Source: Ginglymostoma cirratum (taxonomy: Eukaryota). From it: a DNA stretch of 64,000 bases. A program made the position numbers and the translations under genes. The notes beneath the pieces were generated by a model that did not search any database, had not been told where the DNA came from, and saw only the letters and a list, made by a program, of their open reading frames with translations. The stretch is taken from assembly GCA_024137785.1 (NCBI GenBank), contig JAHRHZ010000022.1, positions 32,275,660 to 32,339,659 of the forward strand, in the 5' to 3' direction. Positions 11,357 to 25,400 of this stretch are shown here, in pieces. How positions within the stretch are numbered: position 1 is the stretch's first letter; every line of letters starts with the position of its first letter.

Positions 11357-14300
11357 ATTTCAATTTTTGCCCTATTATCATCACAATTCTGCCAGACAGA
11401 GGGAGTTAAAACAATCACAAAAGTGTCGCTGCAACTGCACATGTCTGCTGGATGATGTTTCTTTACAGTGTGGCCAAAATGTCACAAGGGCAAAGGGACC
11501 AATAGATCTGTTAAAATTTCACGTTCAATAAACTGACAAATCAAGAATCTGCTCACGAATACGTACACAAATTTTGGAGTTTCTTAAAAATCGCATTCTC
11601 AAAGAAGTATTCATTCCTTCATCTATTTTTTAATAACCTTGGCATTGGCTATTTAGTTTTTCATTCACTGTGTCCACTTTCCTTAAAATATATTGTTTTA
11701 TAATCCGATTTTAAAATAAGTCATTCTGAAGAAATTTCAAAACTCAAAGACTTTATTTTTCTCTTTCCATCCATTCGTTACAAATGTATGGAATTGTAGG
11801 TTAGAGAAGACAGGGACTTTTTAAAAAAAATTATCTACCTCTCAAAGCACCTGGCTTTGCGGTGTTAGTCCAAGTTGAAACTTTAGGTAGTCTCTGCCTA
11901 AGAGCTTCACATGCTGCCTGTAGTCCCTTGTTTTTCCCTGGCAGATGTGGACAAATTCTGCCTGAAGTAGATTATGTTTAATAGCAGAGTAACCGCACCA
12001 GTCCCTCCCATCTTCTGTTCCTAGATTTCCATCCAGTTGACACCTAAGAAGAGGATTGACTCAATAAAAATGAAATTAAAATCGATACCCAAGAGGAGAG
12101 ACACTGAAAGAGTGGATTAGCTTCAGAAAACCGACTGGATATAGAAAGAAAATCACAAGATAGCAGACAGATATATGGATAATACAGAGAGTTTTACTTT
12201 TATTTTAAAATCAGTAATACCAAATAAGTAATTTGTCAAATGTAGAGTTTCTACTGCAACTCACTTAATCCTCACTAGCACCCATTTGGTGATTATTGTA
12301 TGAGCCCTTACATTAATTATAGAATAGTTATTGAACATTTGTCTATCATTGTCGATGGCAATCTCTAAGATCAGGCTTTCAGATTTCCTGTTTATTTCAA
12401 TATGAATCTAGTTGCACAAAGCACCAATAATGTTGTAAAACTGTAGAGTTCGGAGGAGTATATATAATGTCAGTGATGAACCTTAAAAGTCTTCCTGCCA
12501 TGCTACAAATAACTGCCGGGGTTATGGTGATATAATTGTGCCTGGTTGAATGTTTAATGATTTCAGGCTCCCTTCAACTTACATTGTGTTATATTCCTTC
12601 TGAAATGGTTTGTAGATTGTGTGAGAAAGGTTTGTTTTGTCTATGAATTTAAAGACAGCTAAATTAGTGTGACCACTTTATCTTTAGCGATGAATGATGA
12701 ATGCTAAATTTAATTAGGAACAGCTTACCACTCAGCAAGTCTTAAAGGAAGAGCTCTCTGCAAAAGACATTTTCAAAACTGAGAGAACATGTAGTCTTAA
12801 ACCTCACCAAGGAGAAAAATCGCTCTGGTTACTGATGTTCATGCGTTCAAGAGCACACAAGTATGAGATGTTTGCAATGTTGTACCCGTAGTGACCGGAA
12901 CAAGTTTGTTCCCAAAGAGGGAACATGTAGAGAAGTGACTGTTGATAAAATAGAAACTCAGATACTGAATATGAGAGATGGGGAAGATCGGGAAAATTGT
13001 CTGTATAGTTTTGATGCTGAGTAGAAATTGATGCAGAATATGGTCTAAAATTTAAATTCTACCCTGGTTCTTCAAGAAATGTTGCAAAAGAAAAAATTCT
13101 ATCATTAATTCATAGTAGCCTATACCGCCAAGGAGACGAGTGAGGGCTGCCCAGTTTTCAAATAAACATCTTTGTTTCATTAAATTCATTGTAGTCTGTG
13201 GGCATTTTCCTTGGATGATGTGTTACACTATTACGTGAACAAAATAGTTAAATTGTTGCACGAGTACTATGTACAAAAAATCAGGTGTACAAGCCTCAGT
13301 GTCTTAGGGCTGTGAAAGATCGTTTCTGTACGTGATTTGTATTTTTGAAGCAGATTAAAGTCTTATCTTCAAAGTCAACCCACATTAATGGAAATAGGAA
13401 AACTATTTCCTTCCTTACTGAAATGATTTATCATATTACAAGGCTTTCTATAACAGTAGCAAAGTGCTGTGTTTTAATGTTTTCCTTTTCCAATTGTTCA
13501 CAGTTGGAACTTTCAGTATAATCTATTTTGTTTTTACAAATATTTACAACTATGCTTACAGTGCCAGCACTTTTCACTTGAAGCCATTTAGGATGCAATT
13601 CCTAGAGAAGAAATTAATTTGAAAATAGGACAGTTGAAATGCTTGGAGGTCCAGGTAATGTTTGAATACTGTCAGTGGTGACACAATAGGCGATGGCAAT
13701 GCCCCCTTTTCTGTGTTAATTGAAGCATTATCGGATCCTTCCAGCACCGAAATGTAAGCAATTAAAATGAAATTGCTACTACTTTTGTTTAGGTGTTGAG
13801 TAGTCAACACATGAGCTTTATTTCTAGAGGAAAAGAAAGGACCACTTCATGAAAAGTGGTTGGCAATTATTTGAACACACGGTGTCACAACATGAATTGT
13901 GTCAAAACAAGTCAGCTTGTGGATTCTGGTGAAAATGTACGTAGTTCTTTCTCCTTTTTATTCAAACTGAATAAACACCATTTGATGACAGATGTTTTGT
14001 GGTACCTCATGGGCACAGAGTTATAATATTCCATTCTTGTTACAAGTAATTAATGAACATTTTTAGAGCCTACATTTTTGAACAACTTGGTTTAAAACAG
14101 TTTTCTTATGTCATTGTTCAGTACTCCTGATCTTCTCATGGCTGTTTACACATGAAATAGTATTTTTTTCTATTAGTGTGAGGAACTATCCAGTGCCACT
14201 CATAAAAAATTGGTCTAGTTTGCAACAGCTAGAAGTAATAACTCTCACCTTCACAAAGAAACAGAGATGGTGTGGGACTCAATATTGTCAGTGTATTGTT

Positions 14301-14994
14301 GACCAGCTCCGAGTTGCCCAGGATGTTGCAGGGAAAACCAGTGGGAGGAAGCAATGGTTGAAGATGTGGCATGATCCTTTAAATAATGGCTTTTCTTCTT
14401 CTGTCTTACAAAAAGCTTGAGTCACACTCAGTTAGTGGTTTGTCTATAAAATAAAATCTCTGTTTTCTAAGCAGACCTTCCAGGGTCTTCACTGCTCAAG
14501 AATTAATTCCAGAATCTGGGTTTCCCCATTATACTCTTCAGATCAAGGCAAAGATTTACATTGTAAATCAATCCAATGAAAACAGTCCCGCATTAAAACC
14601 TGGTCTGGCCAGTGACTGAAAGATCACGTGGGCAGACAGCACCTGCTTTGAGACAATAGCTTAGGCGTTGGGACGGCAAGGGGAAACAGGAACTTTCCTT
14701 GACAGGTCTGGAGAACACTCATTTTCTTTCTCAACCACAAGAAGAACTGAAACATCCTCTTAGCTTGGGAAGTTGGCAGCTCCTGCGTCAGATCAGCTGC
14801 CATGGAATTCCACACTGTGAGAATTCCCCTCATGTACAATTGCATTTAAACTCACGCTCTTATCATACATTGTTCTGTTCGTGTTCTGTTTGCAGGGCCC
14901 TTTCCCTTAGCCTGATCTACGTGCTTGAGAATTGAAAACCTAATGGTCATGAGAGACCTTGATGAAATCTGAAAGTACATCGTGGCTAGTTCTG

Positions 14995-15105
14995 ATCATT
15001 TGAACTGATGATGAATCACGGGACTTGAAACGTTAGCTCTGCTTTCTTCCCATAGATGCTGCCAGACCTGAATTTCGCCAGCAATTTCTGTTCTTGTTTC
15101 AAATA
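14995..15105 (+). mobile_element. PLE-derived short element with decayed hammerhead core
   Basis: CTGATGA 15005-15011 ... GAAACGTT 15027-15034, followed by gatgctgccagacctg...ccagcaatttctgtt. Confidence 0.7.
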
Positions 15106-15494
15106 TTGCAATACTTATTTGTGTGGTAGGCAGAGAATCCTTCCGGCATTCAGTGAGTGGCAAATAACAGTTGTATTATTGCTATATCCCTAGCAACATG
15201 AAACAGCTAGTTTCACCTATTTGCTCAAAGTCTTTGTAACACTGTACCTTTCCAGTGTAATCGAGGGTGGCAGGGATGTGAATGGTGTGAAGCTTGGGTA
15301 CATGGTGACCTTAAGTCAGTTTGTGAGCTGCACACGATGAACAACGATCTGATTGAAGTAGCCATTATTCTGATGGGTCTGCATGATCTTGACATCAAGC
15401 TTGCCTGGTGTCCGAATGGCTTGAGTCTATTTATGAGATTACCGCGGAGGTCAATCATAAATTAGTCGTATTTTGAGGCCTTGACTTAAGCAGT

Positions 15495-16580
15495 CTCACA
15501 GCAATATCTCCAGTGTCCTCCAGGGATCTCTCCCGGTTCCCCTCCTATTTGTCATCTACACATTTCCCCTTGGCAATGACAATGGAAGGGAAAGCTTTAA
15601 TTTTCACCTAATATGCTGTCGATAACCAGCTCTACCTCACTACCACCTTTCTCAACTCCTCCAATGCTGTGCAATTATCTGACATCCACTATCAGATGAG
15701 CAGAGATTTCCGTCAATTAAGCATTGGGAAGACTGAAGCTTATGCTCCTGGTATCTGCTCCCTCGCTACTCAGTTCATCATTCTCCCTGGCAATCCGTCT
15801 GAGATTAAAGATGTCTGTCTGCAACCTTGGTGTCACGTTTGATCCTGAGATAAGCTTATGACCTTGTATCATGTCATTGCTAAGATCAGTTCACTCCACC
15901 TCTGTAACAATGCCTATTTTTGCCCCTGCCTTGGCTGATTACTACCAAAACCCACCTTTTTTTAGGTATGAGTGCTTAACTACACTCCTAGCTGGTTTCC
16001 TCCATCCTAGTCTCTATAAATTTGAGTTCATCTTGTGTTCTGTTGCCTGTCACTTAACTAGCAGCAGGTAAAATTTGCCTTTTATCCTTGTGCTGAACGA
16101 CCTATATTGGTTCTGGGTCAGGCAGCATCTTGTTTTAAAACCCTCTTATTTTCATGTCCCACCATGTCTTGCTCCCACTGTTCTTCTGTACTCTCCTCCA
16201 GCTGGACTGCAGTGGTTCAAAGGCAGCAGCTCACCATCACCTTCTCAAGGCCAACTGGGTCGTGCAATAAATTCTGGCCAGCCAGTGATGCCCATGTCCC
16301 ACGAATGAATAAACAAAAAAACTACTGAAGTATTAGCATGCGCCTAATTCTGGCTTCCAGTTTTAATTGCTGCACCATTGTTTGCCATACCTTCAGTTGA
16401 CTAGACCAAAAGCTCAAGTTCCCTCTGTTGACCTTGCCACCTCACTGCCTCACATTTTTCTTTTAAGATACGCCTACCTCTTTGACCACACTTTGCGTCT
16501 CTCCTTATGCATTTTGGTGTCGTGCATTGTTTGATAATGGCCCTGTGAAGAGCCTCTGGATGGTTTATTCTGTTGTTGTG
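15495..16580 (+). mobile_element. L2-clade LINE RT and 3' end, degenerate
   Basis: gtcctccagggatct (VxQGS), ctcctatttgtcatctac (LLFVIY), tatgctgtcgataaccagctctacctc (YAxDxQLYL), caattaagcattgggaagactgaa (QLxIGKTE), tail ccctgtgaagagcctctggatg. Confidence 0.85.
16200..16322 (+). mobile_element. 5'-truncated LINE 3' tail inserted in the L2
   Basis: ggactgcagtggttcaaaggcagcagctcaccatcaccttctcaagg...gcaataaattctggccagccagtgatgcccatgtcccacgaatgaataaacaaaaaa matches the tail at 47465-47575. Confidence 0.75.
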
Positions 16581-17864
16581 ATTAGGTTAACTGTGAGTTT
16601 GTGAATGGCAGACATTTTGTTTGACTAACTTTTATGACCCTTCCCTGTTCTGTCTGCGAAGTCGTTGGCTTCCACTAGACAGTTTCTCATTGGGGTTACC
16701 CTGACTAGAGTGTTACTTTGTAGAGAATGGGTCAAAATCTCTGTCTGTAGTTCTGCACTGTAATGCACGTGACATTATCTAAGCACAACTTTAGCACGTT
16801 GAGCTTTTGCCATGTCTGAAGTAGTGCTGTTAAAAATTATCCAGAAGTTTGGCTGCAGTGTAGAAGTGTGGACCTGCTGAGGTTTGCAGCTTGATTTTGG
16901 GAATAGTCTGCCAGAAACTTGAAGCGAAATTGATCCCTCGTCTGTGTCAGACACGATCCAAAGCTTTTGGATGCATCTGGCAAAATGTTAATAGCTGGGA
17001 CGCACCTGCTGGTAGGAAACAAAAACAAGAAGTGCTCTAGTCATCAATTCCTCAAAGAAGGAGAGGGAGATCAGTGAAATTAGTAATTCCCTCATTAACA
17101 CAGATGGGCTTCTTTTTTTTTGCTGCTATCGAAAGAAAGGGTATTAGCTGTTAAGCCATAGGTACTGGGGAGCTGAGATGCTCCTGGCGATTATGTTTTG
17201 GGCATGATTTGTCGTCTTGAGCAGAATACAAATCTTTGAGTTCGAGGGTAGCAATAATCATTAAGGCAAACATTTCAAGCTGACAAAAAGCTCACTAGGC
17301 TCATTATCCTATTAGTTCCATTTTGTCCTGTGGTGCAGATAATGCTGCTTTCTCTTGATTTTACCTTGTGGAATGATTGCATGTTCGACTTTTGGTGGCG
17401 GGAAAAGTTTTACACTTCTTAATGATGGGAAACTGGGGAAATTGCACGATGCACTGAACACAGGGGAGGTTTTGAAGCGCTGAAAAAAAATTGCAATTCG
17501 TGTAGTCAAGTAGAGCAACAGAACTATACCTCGCAACTGCAGACATTAGCCTGACCTCCAATAATTGGAAAACTAATGGAATGAGGAATCTGTCGTAGAA
17601 TGAAAGAGCAGCAGGATGAAAATAACTTAATAAGGAACAGCAAGTGCATCCACAGAAGGGGTAGACCTTGCCAGCTATGCTTAAAGTGATAATGAAAATT
17701 GACAGCCGAAAGCTCTAAGATGTGTACCTCCAAAATGGCACTGATAAAAACAAAACACACAGAGCTTATATACAAATGAAAGTCAGGTATTACTAACTGG
17801 TGTTAGTTTTAAAGAAATGCCAGCTGAATAAAACAAGACAAGGCACTTCAAAGAAGCATAATTG

Positions 17865-18010
17865 GACATTGAACAGTGGGCAGAGAAGAGTCTGGGGTGA
17901 TGATCAAATTTAGGGCAAACTTAATAACTTTGAGGAGGTTTTGACAGTGGGTAAGTGATAGAAAGACACAGAGGGTTAGGAAAAAGTTCCAGACAGAGGT
18001 TACTAATAGA
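17865..18010 (-). mobile_element. Short L2-like fragment
   Basis: tttgaggaggttttgacag...agagggttaggaaaaagttccagacagagg resembles 1310-1380. Confidence 0.45.
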
Positions 18011-18039
18011 AGGACCGTTGCATTTTTGCAGTACAATTC

Positions 18040-18290
18040 CTGCACTCTTAAAACAGTTCACAGCCAATCATTTGAAGTATATTCACTGTTAAAGGCACAA
18101 CAAGCATATCATTATTCCTGTTGTAGTGTATGCAAGGGCAGCAGTCAGTTTAAAAAATGATTTAAGAAAAATAGTTAAATAACTGGGAAAATGATTCATC
18201 GAATTAATATGGCCCAAAGATAAATTATTGATCAGCACACAGAGTAAATGTTACTGCTCTTTGTCCCATTAGAAATGGAATCAGCATTTC
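18040..18290 (-). mobile_element. Degenerate DeuSINE/SacSINE1-like fragment
   Basis: cacagccaatcatttgaagta...cactgtt...ggcagcagtcagttt...gataaattattgatcagcacac...ctgctcttt is reverse-complementary to 37800-37980. Confidence 0.5.
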
Positions 18291-18321
18291 TGGAGCTCCT
18301 TATTGATGAATCAAGAACAGA

Positions 18322-18850
18322 AGAGCATAAGAAAGGAAAGCCAGAAGAGAACAATTAGCTCACTGAAGCTGCTGTGCCATTCAGTAGCATGAGGGCTGAT
18401 CTGATTGTGGACTCAGTTCTACTTTCCTACCTGACTCCTTGTAATCAACAACTACTTTATGGATGAAAAATCGGTGTAACTCAGCTTTGACTATGTTCAA
18501 ACACAGAGCATCCACTGCTCTCTGTGGAAGTGAATTCCAAAATTGACAACCCTCTGACAGAATAAATTCCTGCTTATTTCTGTCATAAATGGGAGACCCC
18601 TAATTGTGAAGTTATGCTCCCTCGTTTTGATTTCCCCCATGAGGAGAAACCTGCCCTCAGCATTTATTCTGTCAAGCTGCATCATTGGATGTTTCAAACA
18701 AATCACTTAATCCTTCTAAACTCCAATGAGTATATAGGCCCGGCCCTGCCCTGCTGATCCTTGCCTTCTAAGGCACTCTTTTCATTTCAGGAATCAACTG
18801 ACCACTGAGCTGGCTCCGATGCAAACATACCACTCCGTAAATAAACCAAG
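18322..18850 (-). mobile_element. CR1 LINE 3' end
   Basis: Minus ORF 18497-18706 LDRINAEGRFLLMGEIKTREHNFTIRG...RNLFCQRVVN; terminal cataagaaaggaaagccag. Confidence 0.85.
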
Positions 18851-18957
18851 CGGGTGTGGGAAAGTCACCAGAGTGGGACACTGGAAATAGCTCCCCTTCT
18901 AAATTTACCAGGAATGGTTCTTGAACGTGCAACTTTGAGTCTCAAATCGGAGTGTTT

Positions 18958-19299
18958 TCATAGAATCCCTACAGTGTGGAAGCAGGCCATTCAGCCCATC
19001 AAGTCTACACCAGCCCCCTGAAGAGCACCCAACCCCTACCCTATAGCCCTGCATATCCCATGGCTAACCCACCGAGCCTGCACATCCCTAGACACTATGG
19101 ACAATTTAGCATGGCCAATCCACCTAACCTGCACATCTTTGGACTGTGGGAGGAAACCGGAGCACCCGGAGGAAACCCACACAGACACGGGGGAGAATTG
19201 GGCAAACTCCACACAGTCACCCGAGGCTGGAATTGAACCGGAGTATGTGGTGCTGTGAGGCGACAGTGCTAGCCACTGTGCCATCCTGAAGTGCTGCCC
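18958..19299 (-). mobile_element. HE1-type (V-SINE) shark tRNA-derived SINE
   Basis: Reverse complement of the 10862 family: minus strand ggcacagtggctagcactg...ggttcaattccagcctcgggtgac; tail read on plus as catagaatccctacagtgtggaagcaggccattc. Confidence 0.9.
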
Positions 19300-20479
19300 A
19301 TTCACGTTCCTTTTTATATCTAAATAAATCAATAACTTGATTGTGCAACTCTAATGCAAGGTGGTTAAATTTGCAGATGGCTCCAAATCATTGGCATTGA
19401 TTTTTGGATGGAGAAGTCAACATCCCTGTAAGGATGGCTTAATTGGTTTTCAAGCTGCCTTAATAGACAACAGTTAGGTTCAATATGAGTTTGGTTGATG
19501 TAAATAAAAATCAGTGGGATAAATGAAGAACAGGGCTTGCCAAAATGGTGATTGAAAGATCCATTGATTCACTGCTCACAGTGGCCACATAGTACAGTTA
19601 GGCACAGGATGAACTACAACCAACATGAACTGATGGTTAATCAACAGAAGTTACAATGATTTCTGAAGTACGCTAACTCAGATTGCATTTTGAATTCTTG
19701 AGATACTTTACACAAAACAAAATGTTGTGATTGGAAGAGATGTAAAATCTTTTTTAAATGGTCAATCTGCTAACAACTGGTGAATTGTCCATCTAAACAC
19801 CGTAATGAACCTTCGAACCTCACCTTTGGCCTGTTGGCCAGGTTAAACTCCGCCTGTGCAAACTGAAGGTGAAGACAGTTTGTGGAGTAAAATAAATGCA
19901 CTAACAGCATTGCTAGGTAGAACAAGTGTACCTCTGCCTGCTCCATAAAGGTTACTTTCTTGCCTGCCTCTGAAACGGCTTCGATCCAAAGATCTCCATG
20001 TGGAGTCCGGGATTAGGAGTCGCACACTCCCATTAATGCTGTGGGAGGGTTTTCTCTACTGAGGAGAAAAGCCCAAAAGTGTATAAACGCTAGCTTAGCG
20101 AGGGGTTCTGTTTCGATAACTAAAGTGAGTCATTCACTGTGTTTGATGTCTTTAAGTAGTAAAAAATGATTTCAATATACTGTTCTAACTCCTGTGTTCT
20201 CTTGTGCCAGTGTTTATTTGGACAAGATGAAGAGACGTGCAGCATTATGAAGTAGCTGTTGTTGATAGTTTAATGGTCTGATTTGATACTTTGACAGAGA
20301 TTAGTAGTATTTTTCACATGGAGATTTGTGAATTTTTTTTTCTCTTCCCTGTGAGTTACAAACCTGCCATTGTACATGACCAGTGAGCCTTTTAATGACA
20401 TTGAGCATACAGAGTGAATGGGCATGTGTTAGCATTGATTTGGTGTGGATGATATGAAGGACAATGGGAGAATGTCGGA

Positions 20480-21678
20480 ACATGAGTCATTATGGAAGCA
20501 GAATAGATTCATAGAATTCTTTGAGGAGGTAACAAACAAGATGGATAAAGGCGAATCAGTGGATGTAATATATATTTAGATTTTCAGAAAGGATTTTATA
20601 AGTTGTCAAATGTTTGGCTACTTAAGATAAGAGCCCATGGTGTTATGAGCATGGATAGAGGATTGGCAAATGAATAGAAGACAAAGAATTGGGATAGGGG
20701 AGGCATTTTCAACCTGTGACTCTTAGAGTGCCGCAGGGATCAGTGCTGGAGCTACAATTACTTACAATTTGTATTAATCACTTGGCTGGGGAAAGCGAAT
20801 GTACTGTTGCGGATGACATAAAAATAGGTGGGAAGACAATGGTGAGGATGACGCAAAGTTTGCTCGAGGATATAGACAGGTTAAGTGAATGGACGAAAAC
20901 TTGGCTCATTGAATATAATGTCGGAAATTGTGAGGCCATGCACTTTGGAAGATTTCGAGGAGCTGAATATTCTTTAAATGGAGAAAAGACTGCAGAATGG
21001 AGGGATTAGGGCATCCTCGTGCATAAATGACCAAAGCTAGCATACAAATTCAGCAGGTAATAATGAGGGTAAATACAATGTTTGCCTTTATTTCAAAGGG
21101 AATGAAGTATAAGAATATGAAAGTCTTGTAAAAATTGTGCAAGACACTGGTCAGACTACAGCTGCAACACTGAACAGTTTGGACCTCTTAATTAAGGAAA
21201 GATATACAGTCATCGGAGGCAGTCCAGAGAAGGTTCATTGATCAAAAGATAAGGAAGCACTGCCTTACAAGGAGTGATTTGAGCCTGTACTCATAGGAGT
21301 TTAGAAGAATGAGAGGCAACCTTATTGAAATAGGGAACATTCACGAGGGACTTGACAGGATAGATGCAAAATGGTAATTTCCCTTCGTAGGAGAGTCTTG
21401 AAGCACTGAACATAATGTCAGACTAAGAGGTTGCCCACATTTATTGGAGACGAGGGGTTATTTCTTCCCTCGGAGTCATGAATTTGTGGAATTCATTAAT
21501 GCACGTGGTTGTAGAGGTAGCAGATTTTTAGATAGTAAGGGAATCGAGCATTATGGGGAAAAGACAAGAAAGTAGAGTTGAGGATCATCAAATTAGCTAT
21601 GAGCTATTAGCCTTTGGTTGAACAGACTCGATGGGCTGAATGGCTTGCTTCTGTTCCTGTATCTTTTGATTTTATGAC
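20480..21678 (+). mobile_element. CR1 LINE RT domain and 3' UTR, 5'-truncated, degenerate
   Basis: EFFEEVT..MDKGESVDVIY, LDFQK, VPQGSVL, ADDIKIGG, DIDRLSEW, gtccagagaaggttc (VQRRF); tail gactcgatgggctgaatggcttgcttctgttcctgtatc. Confidence 0.9.
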
Positions 21679-22420
21679 CTTGGGTGGCATGCATAAGACC
21701 TTTTGAACTTGCTGTCAAGGTTCCTGAATCCAGCCTATAGCTAATGAATCCTCAGAGGGGCCGTGAACCACATGTCGTCAGTGAAGTTGGCCCAACTTCA
21801 CAGAAATAGTGGTTGGGGTGGGAAGGTCGGGGGCAAGAAGATACCTCCTCCCACAATGGAGTCAGCTCGGTTGGGAGTGCCAGGTGCTAACACACTGAGT
21901 GAATTCTTTATTGCCTGCAGATGGGAATCCAGGTATTGACTGTAATTTTTAAATGGATCCAAGCCGTTCAGACTCTTCAAAAATCCTGGCCTTTACTTCC
22001 TTAACTACTCCTGTGGCTGGTTCTAGAACTTCCCTCCCAATCAACTCCCACCATGAAAGGGAATCATGTTTGTCAATCATGTTGACCTCCAGGCAGAATC
22101 CTGTAGAAAATGTAGTTTTGTTTGGTGGGACTTCAGAACGATTGAAATTCCTCTGCCACTACAACATTCCTTACAAAACCCACCCCTGTCAGGATTGGGG
22201 CAGGATGTATAGTTTCAGTCAGAAGGATCATGTAAGGCAACTTTAGCTAGATCCTTATTGTTGTCGAGATAAACTATAAGACTTGACTAGGTAACCTGGT
22301 ACTGCTTATCCGAGAAAAACAAAACACTGGAGCAGGAATCTTTTATGTTTGTGTTTATATTTACATATATACATACACAATGTAATTATATGAAGAAAGT
22401 AATGTACTGGCAGATACGTA

Positions 22421-25400
22421 CCATAAGAAAAAGGTGCAGGTGTAGGACGTTCTGCCCTGCATTCTATAAGATCATGGCTGATCTGTCCCAGGACTCAGCT
22501 CCTCTTTTGTGCCAGCTCTTCACAGCTCTCAAATCCTCTAATTCAAAAATCTAGCTACTTCCCCTTTAAATATGTTCAATGATCTCGCCTTGCCAACTCT
22601 TGGGGAGAATTCCGGACATTCATTATCCTCCGAGAGGAGGAATTCCTTTGCACCTCAGTTCTAATAAATGCCCTTTCTTCTGTATCTATGTTCCCCTAGT
22701 TTGAGATGCCCTCGACATTGACCCTGTCCAGCCCACTCAGAATCATGCATGTTTCGGTAAGATTACCCATCTTTCTTCTCAACTCTAATGAATAAAAGTC
22801 TAACCTGTTTGACCATTCTAAATGTCGGCTCCTTCATCTCAGGAATCAGCTTTGTGAGTCTCTTTTGAACAGCCTTCAATGCAGATTTTGTCTTTTGTGC
22901 GTTAACCAATCCTCAATCAATTATTCTCAATACTGCAAGCACTATCTTCTGTAATAGCCGTTTTCTGTGGCACTTTTGAGTATCTTCTGGAAATCCAAAT
23001 GCAGTATATCTAAAAACTCCCCTTTATCTTTATAGAACTCTCGCAAATTTGTCAAAATGGATTTCCCTGTCATAAAATAATATTGACTCTGCTTTGCTGG
23101 ATTAAGCTTTTCTGAATGTCCTGCTGTTTCTTCTTTAAGAATGGATTCCAGTGTTTTTTTTTTAATGACAGATGGTATGCTAACTGGCCTATAGTTTTCT
23201 GTTTTCTTTCTCTCTCCCCTCCTGAACAGGGCATCACATTAAAGGCTTTCTAATCCAATGGAACCCTTCTGGAATCCAGGGAGTTCTGAAATATTTTGAC
23301 CCAAAGCCTCCGCTACCTCTGCAGCCAATTTCTGTTTAAACCCTGGATGCAGGCCATCAGTCCCATTAGTTCGTCAAATATTTTGCCCCTTGTGATAGAG
23401 ACTGTTCAAAGGTTTTCCTCCCACAAGTACCTTTGATTATCTAACATTTTTGGCAAGCGTTCAGTACTGTCTGCTGTGAAGCCTGATGCAAATCATTGGT
23501 TTAACTCATTTGTCATTTCTCTGTTTCCAATTCGCAATTCGCATCATCCAGGAGTTTCACACTCGCTTTAGCTGCTTTTGTTTTATATACCAGTAGAAGC
23601 TCTTGCCATTTGTTTTTATATTTCTCATCGATTTACTTCCATAACACATTTTCTCCCCTTTTTAATAACTTCTTAGCCATTCGTTGTTAGTATCTTTTAA
23701 AAAAAAAACTTCCAATCCCCTGGCCCGCTAGTAATTTTTGTCACTTTTTATGCCTTACTTTTTAATTGTATATTCTCCTTGACCACCTTTGTTGACTATA
23801 GATGGTTCATTCTTCCTGTTGAGCCCTTTTTGACTGGAGTGAATCTTTGCTGACTGTTCTGCGATATCTGCTTAGTGGCTGCCACTGCTCGTCTATTGTC
23901 TTTCCCCTTAGTGTATTTTTTCAATCTGCTTTAGATAACTCTTTGTTTTTTTCCCCACATACCTTTGCAATTTCCCTTATTTAAGTAGAAGACACTAGCT
24001 TGAGACCTGAATTACTCTCTTTCAAACTGAGTTTGAAATTCTACCATGTTGTGATCACCAGCTCCTAAAGTATCCGTAACTATAACACTTCTTAATCCTT
24101 CCTCATTACCCGTTACTAGATGTAAAATAACATGCTCCTGGATAGGTTCGGCAATGTACTGCTCTAAGAATAACCCCTGATGCATTGTACACATTTGCCT
24201 TCCATGTTACCCTGACCTATATGATTTTGTCCAATGTGCAGATTAATGGCACCATGACAACTGTGGTGTCTTTCTTGCAAGCATCCATTTATCCTGATGT
24301 ATACTTTATCCTATAGTCAGGCAACTTCTTGGGGTGTCCTGTAGATGACTGCCACCTGTGACTTCTTGCCCTTGTTATTTCGGATTTCCACCCAAACTGA
24401 TTCTACTGCACAATGTTTGCACCTCTATCCCGAGTCACCACCACACTGATATTTTCCTCATTGATGCACCTGCACCGCCCCCACCCACCACCTCCTGTTT
24501 GCGTATTCTTCCAGAATATTAAATACCCTTGAATTTTTGGTCACCCTGTTATCACATCTCTGTAATAGCTGTCAGGTCATCTTGGTTTGTCTTTATTTGT
24601 GTCAGCAACTCATCAGTGTTCCCTCAAATGCCGAGTGCATTCAGAGAGTGTTCCGTTTTGACTTTTGACTTATTTGTTCTAGTTCTATTTTCTGCTGCAC
24701 TCTTCTGCTTATATGTTTTACCACTCTTGATGACACTTTAATTACCAATTGCCTCTGCACTTGTTTTCTCCTTGATTTTTTTTTAAAGTGCCCTCCAATT
24801 GAACTCTCCCATCCATTAATTAGTCTACAAAACCAGTCTACAACCCTGTCTACAACCCTAGTTATCTAGTTCGTCCGGGCACTGGTCCCAGCATTGTTCA
24901 AATGAAGCTTATGCCAATGGAACAGCTGTCTGTCATTCCCTACACTGGGACCAGTGTCCTGTGAGTCAGAACCCATTTTTATATTTTCCACACCAATCTT
25001 TGAGCTATGACTTACCTCTCTAATTCTTCAATCCAATTTATACGTCATTCAGGTGGTAATCCTGAAATTATTACCTTCGTAGTTCTGCTCTTTAATTAGC
25101 CTGAGCTTCTTGAAATCCCTTCGAGGAAATTCTTTCCTTGACTTATCTATGTCTTTGGTATCCCCATGGATCGGGGCAACTGGATCATTTCCCTCCCACT
25201 CCAGGTTCCTGTTCACCCCTGAAGATATGTCCTAAAACTTGGCATCAGATCGGCAATACAGCCTTCAAACTCTGTCTTTGCTGCAGTGAACAGTATCTGT
25301 TCCCCTACTGTTAATACATTTCTCCTGCTACATCTCAAATGGTGCTCTGTACCGTGGTGTTTCTGTCAGTTCATGCACCTTCCTGCACCCTGTGTCTTTG

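Noticed and set aside
21790-22210. GC-richer MITE-like stretches (also ~8240-8600, 14600-14940, 40820-41220, 62640-63050)
   Set aside because: Probably decayed non-autonomous DNA transposons, but I could not define matching TIRs or TSDs, so they are not listed as features.
25341-25362. REST/RE1-like motif (caccacggtacagagcacc on minus)
   Set aside because: Needs insertions to fit the consensus and lies within CR1 ORF1.
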